Assembly (NCBI GenBank): GCA_004022145.1 | Contig: RCNU01000003.1 | DNA length: 64,000 nucleotides | From: Paecilomyces variotii | Taxonomy: Eukaryota | Strand: one strand, 5' to 3' | Shown here: piece after piece, positions 13,685-27,410 of the stretch | How positions within the stretch are numbered: position 1 is the stretch's first letter | Layout: every line of letters begins with the position of its first letter | Program-made: the position numbers and the translations under genes | Notes under the pieces: generated by a model | Database searches by the model: none | The model's input: only the letters and a program-made list of their open reading frames with translations | Told to the model about the DNA's origin: nothing

Positions 13685-13984
13685 TATTAAGATATAGGCT
13701 TAAAAAGCGGGTTAAAATAAATAAAATAAAATAGTTAATATTAGGACTAGCTATAAAATCTCTATTTAATTAATTTAGACTAAAATAAGCTATTATAAGT
13801 AAGCTTAATAAATAAGATATAGCTTAAAAAGCTTAAATTTAGATTAAGCTATGCGCTAAAGATATCTTTATAAGATTATATAACTCCTTATATAATCTAA
13901 AAGGGTTTAAACCTTACTCTTCTAGATTAAGTAAGTATTAGCTAGCGGGTTAGTTATTTTATCCCCTATACTAGCATTATAATA
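13685..13984 (-). repeat. 5' LTR of element A (300 bp)
   Basis: Direct repeat of 7949-8248. Confidence 0.92.
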
Positions 13985-14159
13985 ATTAATAGATTAAAAA
14001 ATAGCAGGTTTATTATCTATTTCCTAAAGCTTTTCTAATATAATATTTAGATTATATAGATAAAGCCTAATCTTTATAAATATATATTTAATAATAGAAG
14101 ATTTAAAGATCTTTCTTTATATAGATTTAAGCATTTAGAGGAACTTATACTTACTAAAC

Positions 14160-14303
14160 TAATAGGGGTTTATATTGAAGATATTCTTATTAAAGAGTTA
14201 AAGGAGATTTTAAGATCTTAAGAGTCTAAGTATAGGAAATCATATAATATATTATATAACCTATAGGTTATATAACCTATTAAAGGGGTATTTCTCTATA
14301 ATA
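14160..14303 (-). repeat. 3' LTR of element B (144 bp)
   Basis: TAATAGGGGTTTATATT...ATTTCTCTATAATA, repeated at 29475-29614. Confidence 0.9.
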
Positions 14304-17300
14304 TTTACCTCCTCTCTTAAAGAAACTTATGCCTATATAGGGTCTTAAGAGTTAAAATAGAAATTATAAATTATTATCCCCTATTATAGAGAACTATAAT
14401 ATACTATTAAAGGTTATAGCTTATAATAAAAAGATAAAATAAATAAGATATCTTAAAAATATATTATAAAGTTAACTATTTATAATATAAGTAAGTATTA
14501 ATAAGTATAAGCAGATATACTAATATAAGTTGCTAATTATAAATTAAAAAAATAAGCTAAAAGAATAAAAAGAATAGAATATTAATTTAATACTTTATAA
14601 AGCTATTAAGTATTAAAATAATATTATATCTATTAATACCTTTAAGTTTAATTACCTTTTAATAAAGTTTATTAAGAGAAATTATTATATTAAATATTAT
14701 AGCCTCTCTTTTAACTAGAGTTTTATTTATAAGATTAATTAATAGAGTTATAATATTATTAAAATCTTTAATCTTCTCCATTTATTTATATTTAGTAATT
14801 ATATTATTAATAATATTATCTCCTAATATTAAATTAATAATTAGAGGCTAAGGTCTATTATAATAATAAATTACTAATTAAAAATCTATAGCAGTAATAA
14901 TAATATCTAGTTAAAAGGTCTATTCTAGCTTAATATCTATATTATTAGCGTTAATATAGTCTCCTATTATAATTATTAAATTATTCTCTAATATATTTAG
15001 TAAGATAATATTATTTCTTACTATAATTATTAAATTATTTTTTAATCCTAGCGAATTATTCTCTTAAATATAGACCTATAAATTAGGGTAATTATCTTAA
15101 AGTTTAGTATAATAATCTAGTATTATATTTCCCTTATTATTTAATAATATAGCGTTAATATAATTTTAAGCTAGTTATTTAATATTAGATTAATTACCTA
15201 ATCTTTTAAATATAGCCTAAATAAAGGTTAATATATTTAATACTTTAATATTAAAGATAATAAATTATAAGTTGCTTTTTTCTCTATTTATACCCCCTGC
15301 AATTATATAAAGCCTAATTTTAATAGTATAAGCCTATCTTTCTAGATTATAGGCAGTTATCTACTAGAGCTTCTTATTATTATTAGTTAATATAAGTTCT
15401 ACTATAATATTTATAATATTTACTTTTTTTATTATATTAGCTAAGGGTATAATTTACTCTTACTTATCTATAAACTAATATATATATAGTTTTAGCGCGC
15501 CTCTTATAATATAGAGATATATATTACTTCTTTCCTTATAATATACTAGTGTTTTTAATTTTAAAGGAATTAGATTATTTCTTTAAATTATTATATCTTT
15601 TTATTTATATTAAGATTTTAGTCTTTCTAGGCTAATTAAATAGTCCTTTTAAATATAACTTACCTATATTCTATAATAAGACTCTAATTTCTTTAATAGT
15701 ATTAGTTCTATAAAGTATATCTATAGATTCTATCTGCTATTAATAAATATCTCTATATTTCTCTTTATAATTACATAATTAATATTCTAAGATTCCCGCT
15801 GCCTATTTATATATATATAGAATATTATTAATAAGGTAAATATCTTTAAAAGAGTTTTAGAGATAGTAATATTATTAAATAGCTCTTTAACTAAATATTT
15901 TATTTCTTTCCTTATATTATTAGAGAACTTATCTACTAAATAGAAAAATACTCTTTTTTCTATAAATAAGTTATTATTCTTAGATTCTTATATACTATTA
16001 TTATCTATTTTAACTAATTATTAATAAGATATAGTAATTAGATTAAGATAATATTAAATAAGGTTAAGTTAGATATTTAGCAGAGAATAAATATAAGTAT
16101 TAATACTATTTATTTATATAATTAATCCTTATATTTAACCTTATTAATTAATCTCCTAGTAAGGTTTAATTATTAAATATAAGAGAATTTAAGGCATTAG
16201 TAAATTTAATAGATATAAAAGAATTAAGGTATTAGCGGCTTAGCCCTAAATAAAAACTATATATAGATTATATATAACTATTATTATAAATAGCAGCTTT
16301 AGCTTAGCTTAATAATAATAGCTCTAAATAATATAATTTGCTTAGCTAATTATTTATATTCTAAATAATACTATTATTATACTTAGCTTATATAATTATA
16401 CTCTTTTATCTTTTATAGACCTGCGATTAAAGGCTATAATACTTATTATCTTAAATAATACCTACTATATTTAATAGTTATCTTTATACTAATTCTATAC
16501 TCTAATACTTTAAATAATATAGACTATACTTAGTAATATCTTTAATCCTATACTTATATAGATTTAATTATTAAATAGATTAAGTATAAAGAGATATTTT
16601 TATAGAATTTTTTAATAGCCTCTAGTATATATATTAACTTTTTTACTAATACCTAGTATTAGCAGATAGCCTCTAAGGCATATTATAAATAGTATACTAA
16701 TTTCTATATATTTTCCTAGTTATTATAGCCTCTTTATTTAATTAAATATTTTAGTATTTTATTATAATCCTTTATATTAAAGATTCTCTTAACTTCTTAT
16801 TTATTATATTACTTAATATTATCTAATACTTATACTAGCGGCTCTAGTTATAGTTCTAGGTATATATTACTTATTTTCTAAGGAAATAGTAATAAGATAT
16901 AGAAAATAAGATAAATTTAATAAAAGCTAGAAAATTTAAGTCTATAAGCTTAGGAACTAACCTTTAATATAATTTTAAATAGATCTCTTCTCTTACTATC
17001 TAGTTTCTTGCTTAGTCTATTTATTTAAAGATACTTAATATTTAATAGTACTTTATCGCTTACCTTAAATTATATGGAAAAATTTAATTAGCGCTTTAAA
17101 GTATAATCTTATAAGAATAGTAAATAGTTAATAAGATCCTTATATAATATATTTATATTCTCTATAAATTTCTATATATTTAAGTCTCTGTTTATTAAGA
17201 CTTCTATTAAAAATAGCGGTTTAAAATAATATCTATAGTAAATAAAGAATAGAGATAGGTTTATTATTACTCTTCTAATATTATTATATATATATTCTGC

Positions 17301-18924
17301 TATTAGCAGTAAGTAAGCCTAGTTATCTTGCTTCTAACTAGTAAATATATATAAATATTATTCTAGTATCTAATTAAATCTTTCTATTACTCTATTTATC
17401 TATAGATAAAAAGCTATAGACAGATAATAATTAATATTTAACACTTAAAATAATATCTTCTAGAATAGCAATATAAAAAGAAAGCTCTAATTAGATATAA
17501 TAGATATTTAAAGGCTATATAACTTATAAATAGTATTAATATAGAAATAAGTAAATATCTCTAAGTTTACCTTCCTAGAGTAAGTAGTAAAGTATACTAT
17601 ATAGCTAAAATAATTAATAAATACTAATATAATTAAGCATTTAAGCCTATAAATATTAATGCTTTTTAATAGACCTATTATAAAGTTTACTGCTATATAA
17701 TCTTATAGTCTATTAAAGATTAAGAGTATTATAAGCTCCTTATAAATAAGTTTAGCTGCTTTTAATCTTTAACATATTAAATAGCCCTATATAGTCTTTA
17801 ACTATTAACGCTAGCTTTAGCTAAAATACCTATCTATAAATTTTATCTATTATTACTTTCTTATTAAAATAGCCTCTTATATAAGAATTATAAAATTACT
17901 TTAATACTTTAACCTATAGCTTAATTATTAATATATAAACTTTTATTCTATTATAATAATAAATTTAATCTATCTCCTTTTAATAAACCCCTAGCTATAA
18001 ATTTATAACTGCTTTAGTATTATTATTATAACTTTATCTAATCTTATTTTATAAGAATAAGTTATTTATAGAACTTATATAAATATCCTCTTATAATTCT
18101 TATATTATTGCTTATATATAATAATAGCCTTCTTAATATTATATTGCCTCTAAGCGCAGTAATTATATTAGGGTATTATTTAATATCTGCTATAATTTAT
18201 AGTTATTCTGTTTAAATAAATTATTTACTAAATTCCTCTTTTTTAATTAATATCTAATATAGAAATAAAATTATACTAAATATTTTACTTATTTTACTTA
18301 TTTTTATATTAAGATCTTTATTATTAAGAAATATTTAAGATTATTATAGTTAGTTAGTACTTTAACTAGCTTACTTATACTAATTAGAAAGTATTATTAA
18401 ACTTTAAATATATTAACTATAGTAAATAATTCTTATTTATATATTAGCTAGTATAATTCTATATTAATAAATTTTATATTATAAAAGGCAATTAAATACT
18501 AGATATTATCTTTAAATACTTAGTTAAAGATTACTAATTATATAAATCTATTAGTATTTATTTCTAAAATTTATAGTCTAATAGCCTTAAAGTACTATAA
18601 AAGCAATATTTTAATAAAATATTCTTTAAATTTTTAGAAACTCTTATCTATATCTTTATTCTATATAAAGAATATATTCTGTTTAGTAAATCTTATTATT
18701 AGCAAAATAATTTAATTATAATATTAAATAAAACACTTATAAAAGTTATAGAATCTTAAAAAGTAAACTAATATTAATATAGAGATAGGTATAGGCTAAC
18801 TAGTAATTATCTTTAAATAATAGCTATTTATTACTACTTCCTCTAGTATTATAATAAATCTTAAAAATTTAATTCTTATTATTAAGAACTTATATTTTTC
18901 TAGCTTATAAAATAGTTAATTTTT

Positions 18925-19347
18925 TATTATGCCCCTAGCTTCCCGCTAGAGTATAAGCTCGCAGGACTATAGTAAAGCCCTAAATCTAAATGTAATACTA
19001 AGGTAATTAGTTAAACCTCGCTCTCCCTGCTTTTAGGATTTATATAAGATAAAGCTAAGAAATGCTTAAGATTTAGAATATAAATAAGCTTTAGATTACT
19101 ATCTTGCTAGAAGTTAGTAATCTATTCTAATATTATATATACTTTATTATTTCCTTACTTATATAGACTCTTTATTACTAAACCCCTTTAACATAGACTT
19201 TTCTCTATATTAATTAGACCCTTTATTATAATAATTAACCCTTTATCTTATTAATAGATCTTTCTTTAAGCTAAATATATAAAGTAACTATTTCTTTTAT
19301 TATAATTACTAGCAAAATAATTTACTAGTAATCTCTAAGAACCCTTA
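18925..19347 (+). repeat. 5' LTR of element C (423 bp)
   Basis: Direct repeat of 26013-26435. Confidence 0.92.
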
Positions 19348-22300
19348 TTTTTTATAGTTTAAATTACTTAACCTAGTAATATAAGTAGCTATATTAATAT
19401 ACCCTATAATTTAAGAGATAAGGGTCTTAACTTTTAGCCTATAATATATATTCTAAAGGGTTTAAAGATTATTAAATCTAGCTTATAATAACTAATTACT
19501 AAAGCTAGCTTATAAACCTTAAGAGATACTCTAATAGATCTAGAGAAAGATTAACCCTAAATAGAAAATAATCTATTAATAAAGAGAGACCTTTTATAAC
19601 TTCTTACTACTACTTATATTAGTAAGTAATTAAGGCTTAAGCTGCCTAAACTATAGAGGTATAAAGCTACTATACTTAATATCTATTATTAGTAGTATTA
19701 GTATATAGATAAATATCTAGCCTATAATACTTTATTATTTAAAATAGAAGATAAGAAGGTTATTTATACTGCAGCCTTATTAGATAAGGAATTAGCTTAA
19801 TCTTAAATCTATTAGTAAAAGGATTTTAATTTTTAAATATTAATCTAGAATAGATTTAAAAGTTAATTATTAGATTTATTTAATAATCTATATTACTAAG
19901 GATAAAATATAATAAATTACTTTTATACCCTAACTTAATATTTAAACTAAATTATTAGAGCTTTTCTATACTATTTTAAATAAGCTTATATAGAGCTAAA
20001 CTAGGATAAAGGATTTAATAATAATAAGATTATTTAATCTTATATTTTCTATATAAAACTATAACTTAAAGTTTAGATAAGCTTACTGAATTATTAAGAT
20101 TTTTTAACTAACTTTAATTAATTAGTATCTTTAGCTACTAATTAGGAAATAAACTAAAAGAAGAATAAACTTTTAAACCTTTTTATTATATTAAATATAA
20201 GTAGATTAATATAGAGTATACTAAAAGACTCTATCTTAAGATAAAAGAGAAAAAAGATTAATAATTAATATAAGGGGATAAATAAATTTTAAAAAAAGAA
20301 GTTTAGATTATTAATAAAATAAGATTAGCTTAAAAAAAAAGGCTATTATTTTAATTATAGTAAAAGAGGCTATATATAAAGATTTAAATTATATTTAAAA
20401 AAGAAAAATCCTTTTAAAAAAAGAAAGCTTAAGATTATTATAGCCTTTTATAATAAAGGGTTTAAAATAAATAAAAAGTCTTTATATACTCTAATATAAC
20501 TCTACTTACTAAATAGTATATTTAAAGATAAGGCTTTTATTAATTTAGGTTTAGCTTAATACTATATTAGCTTAGATATAGCTATATAATATAGAATTCT
20601 TCTAGATTTCTAGCAGTATATAAATATTAAATCTATTAATAGATATAAGATTTAAAAATATAGATTTTTTAAAGTAAAGATTTATATTACTAACTCTAAA
20701 AGAATTATAAAGAAGGTAAATATATATTTTTATATTATCTTAATACCTAGATTATTTATTATTTTTAGAAAATTATAGCTATATACTATAAATCTTATTA
20801 TAGATTAGAAGTTAATAATTTAAAGATATTATATTCTATAATAGCTATAGATAAAGATTAAAAATACTTAATAATTCTTTAAGATAGTAAGAAAAAAGAT
20901 AATTTATATATTTTATAGGGATTAAATTAACCTTATTATTTTAAAAAATCTGCCCCTAAAATATAAAAAGTATATAAAGGTTTTCTTAAAGGAGAGAGTA
21001 AATATATTACTTACTAAAATAGATAAATATAAGATTAAACTCTTAGATAGTATAGCGCCTCTATAAGAGAAATTTTATAATCTTTTTATTAAAAAACTTA
21101 ATATTTTATATAAATATCTTAAAGATATATAATAAAAAGAATAAATATAACTATTAATAAGTTCTATAAGGGTATTTATTCTATTTATTCTTAAAGCAAA
21201 TAATATACTAAGGCTTTATATTAATTATTAAGCCTTAAACAGTATTACTATAAAGAATAGATATTCTTTATCTAGGGTAAATAAAATGCTTAATTAATTA
21301 ATTAGCTCTAAGATCTTTATTAAGCTTAATCTTAAGAATATCTATTATTAGATTAGAATCTGCTATAGAGATAAATAAAAGATAGCTTTTTAAACTTATT
21401 ATAAGTATTTTAAGTATTTAGTTATATTATTTAGCCTATATAATATTTCTGCTATTTTTTAAGCTTATATTAATTAGGTATTATAGAGATTATTAGATAT
21501 TTATTATATTATATATTTAGATAATATCTTAATTTTCTCTAACTTTATTAAAAAGTATAAAAGATATATAATATAGGTCTTAGAGAGATTATAAGAATAT
21601 AAATTATATATAAAGTTATCTAAATATAAATTCTATAAAAAGAGAATTAAATTTCTTAGTTTTTTTATAAGAAAAGATAGAATAAAAATAGATCTTAGTA
21701 AAATAGAAACTATTAGAAATTAACCGGAGCTTAAATTTTTTAAAGAAGTCTAAGTCTTCTTAGGATTTACTAGTTTCTTTAGAAGATTTATTTATAACTA
21801 CTTTATAAAGACAGCTTCTTTAACTAGTCTACTAAAAGGAAGCATCTAAGGGAAGAAAATTAAAATATTTATCTAAATTAAAGAAGCCGCAAAAATATTT
21901 AATAAGCTAAAATTAGCTTTTATAACTCTGCTAGTATTAAGGCATTTTAATCTAGAGAAGCTAATAATATTAGCAACTAATATTTTAAGATTTACCCTTA
22001 CTACTATACTCCTTTAAGAAGATAATAATAAGATAGCTCTAGGTATTAAAATAGAGATAGGTCTAAGAATTAGAATCTAAATAGATTAATAAATTATATC
22101 TAAGAACTGGCATTTTATAATATATTATGCCTAAAAGTTTATTAAAATAGAGATATATTATAAGGTTTATAATTAAAAACTCCTAGCTATTATTAATACT
22201 TTTAAATATTAATATTATTATCTAGAAGGTAATAAATACTTTATATAAGTATAGAGTAATTATATAAACTTATACTATTTCTTTATTATAAAGATATTAA

Positions 22301-25300
22301 ATAATAAGTAAGCTTAATAAGTAGAACTATTAGCAGTATATAACTTTTAAATTAAATATAAGCTAAAATAGCTTAATACTATAAATACCCTATTTAGAAG
22401 AGTAGATTTTAAACTATTTAAATTTAAATCTTAGATAGAATTATTTCTAACCCTCTAGAAAAAGCTTTAATATAAAGCTTAAGATAAGTATATATAAAAA
22501 GGCAGTCTAAAATATAAACCTATTAAAGTGGGCAATATAGATAGTCTAGAATATTTAATATAAAGAATACTAGTTATTAGAATAATTAAAAAAGAGTCTA
22601 TTTAGGATATTATAATCTCTAGCCTATTCTTTATATTAAAGCAGCTTTAAGTAAAGAATACTTTTATTTTAGAAAAAATTAGGGAACTAAAAGTATATAT
22701 TTCTAAAGATAGCTTAAAGATAATATAAAAAATAAATAATAAAAGACTATTATAAAAGAATAATACTATATTTATATTAAATATACCTACTATAAAGTAA
22801 GAGCTTCTTTAAATATATTATAATAATCTTTATATAAAGCATTAAGATATTAAGAAGACTAAAGAACTATTTTAAAAAAGATTTAACTAGCCTAAAATAG
22901 CACAGGATATATAAAAGTATATATCTATATATAATATCTGCCAGAGAAACTAAACTCTATAGTATAAGCTATATAAAGAGCTAAAATCTTTGCTAATCTT
23001 AATATAGCTATAATAGAATATCTTAATAGATTTTATAATAAGACTACTGCTATTAGAGAAATAAAGAGTTACCTATAATTTAATATTAATAATTATAGAC
23101 TACTATTTAAAGATAATATTCTATATCTCTATTTATAAAATATTAAAGGCAGATAAGATAACTAACCTTATTATAGATTATATCTATAACTGTTTTAAAC
23201 CTCTATAGTTAATTATATTAAATAAAGATACACTATTTATTAGTAAATATTAAATAAAACTTTATTACTATATTTAAATTATTAGACTTCTAAATACTAT
23301 ATTTTACCCTTAAATTAATAGCTAAACTAAAAGATAGAACTAGACGCTAAAATATTATCTTTAGGTCTATTTAAATTATAAGTAAGATAATTAGGTATTT
23401 TTATTAATTATAGTAGAATTTATATATAATAATTTAATCTATACTTCTATAGATATAACTCCCTTCTATATTATTTATAAATTTAATTCTAGGAGTTAGA
23501 ATAAATATAATTTTAGGGAGTAAATAGATATACTAGTAATTAATAATTAATTAAAGGAACTTACTAAAATATATACCTAATTAGAAGAATTTTTCTAAAA
23601 GGCTATTATTATATAATAGAAATATTATAATAAGAAGTATAAGTCTAGATTTTATATAATAGAAGACTAAGTCTACCTTTTAATAAAGAACTTAAAGACA
23701 GATTAATTAATTAAAAAACTAGATATAAAATACTTAGGACTCTATAAAATTATAGAGAGAATTAGAATTTAAGCCTATTAGCTTAAGCTCTTAAAGAGCC
23801 TAGATAGAATATATCTAGTCTTCTATATCTCTCTATTAGAGCCCTATTATTAGAGACTTAGGGCTAAACCTAAATATCTAGACCTAATTTTAATAGATAA
23901 TAAATTAGAATAGGAGATTAAGGCCATTCTAAATAAATAGATAATATAGAGGAAGAAGTAATATTTAATTAAATAAAAAGACTATTTAGATTATAAAAAT
24001 TTATAGCAGCCTAAAGAAGATTTTAAATATATTTAAAATATATTAGCTAAATTTAAGGCAATAATATAAGCTATTAATAAAATCTCTTTAAAAAAGGCTT
24101 TAAGAAGCTTTAGAAAAAGGAGCCAATAAAATTAGTAAGATTTCTCTTTTTTTTTATTAGGTTTTTAAGTTTTATTTAACTATTTTATTGTTAAATCTAT
24201 ATTACTCTTTCTTTATTTATTTATTTATAAAGGTTTAAGAATTTTAATAAAGATATAAGAAGCTAATCTATTTAAAAATAAATTTATTTTAACTAAGCTA
24301 CCCCCAGTAAAAATTAAAAATATAGGCCTAAGATTAATTCCTTTACTTATCTACTTTACTATTATAAAACTCTATTAGCATAGATTTATTTTTTTCCTTA
24401 TTAGAGAAAGAAAGAATATTATAAATAATATATATAATTTTTTATATATACTATAGATCTAATACTATTAAATAAAATAATCTAAATAACTTCTATTAAA
24501 GCTATATTATAAACTATTTATATAAAAATAAGGTTAATAAAATAATAAATATAAGCTTATCTATATCTGTTTTAATAAGCGCTTTATATAAGTATATCTT
24601 TATAAAGGATTTATATTTATTATAGGCCTTTTTAAAAGACCTATAGTTATCTAAGAGATAGGCCTCTTAACTAAGGCTCTATAAATAAATAAGCTTATCC
24701 TTATAAATTAATAAGACTAAAATATAGGGCTTATATTTATAATTATAATAGTTACACTTAATATTAATATTAATATAAGTGCATTAAAATACTAGATTCT
24801 TAATTAGCCCCTTTAAATAGTAAAGATATATCTTTTAAAATATTAAAAAAAACTCTTTATTTAGCCTAAAAGTAATAGGGCTATTTTTATTATTATATCT
24901 GTAATAATAATAATAATAGTCTTAACTAATATCTTAATAACAGCTAGTTTAGTTTAGGTCCTTATATTAATAATCTTTTTATACCTAATACTTTATTTTT
25001 AGGGCCTTTTAATAATATAAGTAAAAGTTATTTTTAACTTATCTATAGCAGCTAGCCTAGTAATAAAATAGGTTTTTTTCCTTTTAAATAGGCTTTTTAA
25101 TATTATTATTAAAAAAGAAAGATTTATTTATATAATTATTAGGACTATAGTAAGAGATTAACTTAATAAAAATATAAACTAAGTATGCCTTAATTCTAGC
25201 GCAATATTTATCTTATCTAATAAATCTTTTATAAGAGAATCTTTACTAATAAATAAAGATATTAATCTATTAATAGCTATAAAAGAAGTAATACTTATCT

Positions 25301-26012
25301 AAGAAAATATTCTCTCTAGTATTATAATAGCAGCTAAAGTTCCTAATATCTTAATAATAATTAGGGGATTATTTTCTAATATTATAATAATAACTAGATT
25401 TAGCTATATTATAATAGCAGCAGCTATATCTTTTATCTTAAAGGCAGAAGGAGGGAATAGCTCCCTAGAAGAGGAGGTAATATCTTTAAACTATTAATAC
25501 TATAGAAATTAGCATATAATATAAAATCTTATACTAAAATACTTACTTAAGAAGTCTTTTTATACTACTTAAATATAAAACAAATTTAAGGCGGTATTAT
25601 TTAAATTAAATTAGCTTATATTAATATAATTAATTAAAATAACTTACTCCTAGAGCAGGAAGCTTTAAAAACTAATAAAAAAATAACTGATTTCTTAAGT
25701 TTAATAAACTACTATATTATTAGCATTATTACAATCTTAAAAATATATTTAAATCTTTATTTAAATATATTTAAGACTAGGAGCTATATATAATAAAAGG
25801 TAAGAAGATAATTACTAGGGGTTAGAATTCTAACCTTATAATATTATATAAATAATACTTTTAGCTTATATAATTTTTTAATCCTTTACTATAAAAGTAG
25901 TAAAAAGCTTTTTTATTTATTATACTATAACTCTCTATAAAACTATATTCTATATTTAATATAATAACTTTATAATAGCTCAAGGATAAGCCTTTAAAAA
26001 GAGGGAGAATAC

Positions 26013-26435
26013 TATTATACCCTTAGCTCCCTACTAAGATATAAGCTTATAAAACTATAATAAAGCCCTAAATCTAAATATAATACTAAGGTAATTAATT
26101 AAACCCCGCTCTTCCTACTTTTAGGATTTATATAAAATAAAGCTAAGAAATGCTTAAGATTTAGAATATAAATAGGCTCTAGATTGCTATCTTACTAGAA
26201 GCCAGCAATTTATTTTAATATTATATATACTCTACTATTTCCTTACTTATATAGACTCTTTACTATTAGACCCCTCTAATATAAACCCTTCTTTATACTA
26301 GTTAGACCCTTTATTATAATAGTTAACCCTTTATCTTGCCGGTAGACCCTTCTCTAAGCTAGGTACACAAAGCGACTACTCCTTTTATTATAATCGCTAG
26401 CGGAGTAATTTACTAATAACCTCTAGAAACTTCTA
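26013..26435 (+). repeat. 3' LTR of element C (423 bp)
   Basis: Direct repeat of 18925-19347, preceded by a polypurine tract. Confidence 0.92.
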
Positions 26436-27290
26436 TTCCTTATATTTTTAAGGAAACTTTTTAAGACTGCCCTAATATATTCTATATACTCCTATTTATT
26501 CTTGCTAAAGATTAATATATTATTTAAATAAACTATATAATACTTATTAATATACTATTAGAGTATACTATTAATAAAAGCTTAAAAAATTACTAATATA
26601 TTATAAAGTCTAAATAATATTATTAGCTATTTAAATAGGCCTCTTCTAATATAAAATACTATCTTTTACTTATAACCTTTAGCTATATAGATTAAATAGT
26701 ATACTAAATATAAATTTAACCTTATAAATATCTTAGCTCCCTTAATATAGAGGAAGAGATTATCTATTATAGGGACTAGATACTTATTTTTTAAAATATG
26801 CTTATTAAATACTCTATAGTTTATATAAAGTTATAAATTTAATTTTTCTAATTCTAAGGGTATTATATTTATTCTTTTAATATTTACTGCTTTTATATTA
26901 GTACTATTAATATTATTATATTTAAAAATAAATAATAAAGGTAAACTATAGAGAGCTATAAATAGTTAAATAATTCTATAATATAAGCTATTATTAAGAA
27001 AACTATTAAATATTTCTAACTCTTATTCTAATAGGTAATAATATAGTCTATATAATATCTTTACCTTATCTATTAGATTAATTTTATAATTAATACTTAG
27101 TTTCTATAAAGATAGAGCCTATGCTTTCTCTTTACTAAAGACTTAAGCTAAGTCTATATATTATATTAGTATTTCTATAGTTTTAGTATTTTCTTTATTC
27201 TATAGGTTTATTACCGCTAAAAGTAATTTAATCCTTTATAATAAAATAAAACCTTCTCTAGGGTTATTCTCTATAATCTAATTAAAATCT

Positions 27291-27410
27291 TCCTCTAGAT
27301 ATTATTTCTTTAAATTAGAATTCTCCTTTAAATGCTATTTTTTTAAATTAAGATTTTCCTCTAGATATTATTTTTTTAAATTAGGATTCTCCTCTAGATA
27401 CTATTTCTTA
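27291..27410. repeat. 33-bp tandem repeat (~3.6 copies) in pol of element B between protease and RT
   Basis: Units start at 27291, 27324, 27357 and 27390 (TCCTCTAGATATTATTTCTTTAAATTAGAATTC-like). Confidence 0.85.

Larger units (their letters stand above)
7949..13984 (-). mobile_element. Ty3/Gypsy chromovirus-type LTR retrotransposon A (6036 bp), RIP-degraded
   Basis: 300-bp LTRs, 5-bp TSD ATTAA (7944-7948 / 13985-13989), PPT (minus-strand AAAAAGGGGAGTAT) next to the left LTR. RT core at ~10964-10984 reads IIYLNNI (de-RIP IVYLDDI). Chromodomain relic at ~8340-8480 (de-RIP EWIVEDILDSRW..YTVKWLGYDDPTEEP). Confidence 0.92.
18925..26435 (+). mobile_element. Ty3/Gypsy chromovirus-type LTR retrotransposon C (7511 bp) inserted in the RT domain of B, opposite orientation
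   Basis: 423-bp LTRs, TSD TTTTT/TTCCT (C>T diverged), PPT AAAAAGAGGGAGAA before the right LTR. Zn-knuckle relic ~20340-20390, protease (de-RIP AFIDSGS) ~20530, RT IYLDNILI at 21511-21534, integrase ~22800-23500, chromodomain ~23900-24060 (de-RIP EWEIEAIL..QYLIKWKDY.D.ENSWQPEEDL). Confidence 0.92.

Noticed and set aside
15280-16080. Possible C5 DNA-methyltransferase relic in the extra region of element B
   Set aside because: Only vague GG- and PC-like readings after de-RIP. Motif order and frame could not be supported.
27291-27410. CRISPR-like array
   Set aside because: Head-to-tail repeats with no spacers, inside a eukaryotic retroelement.
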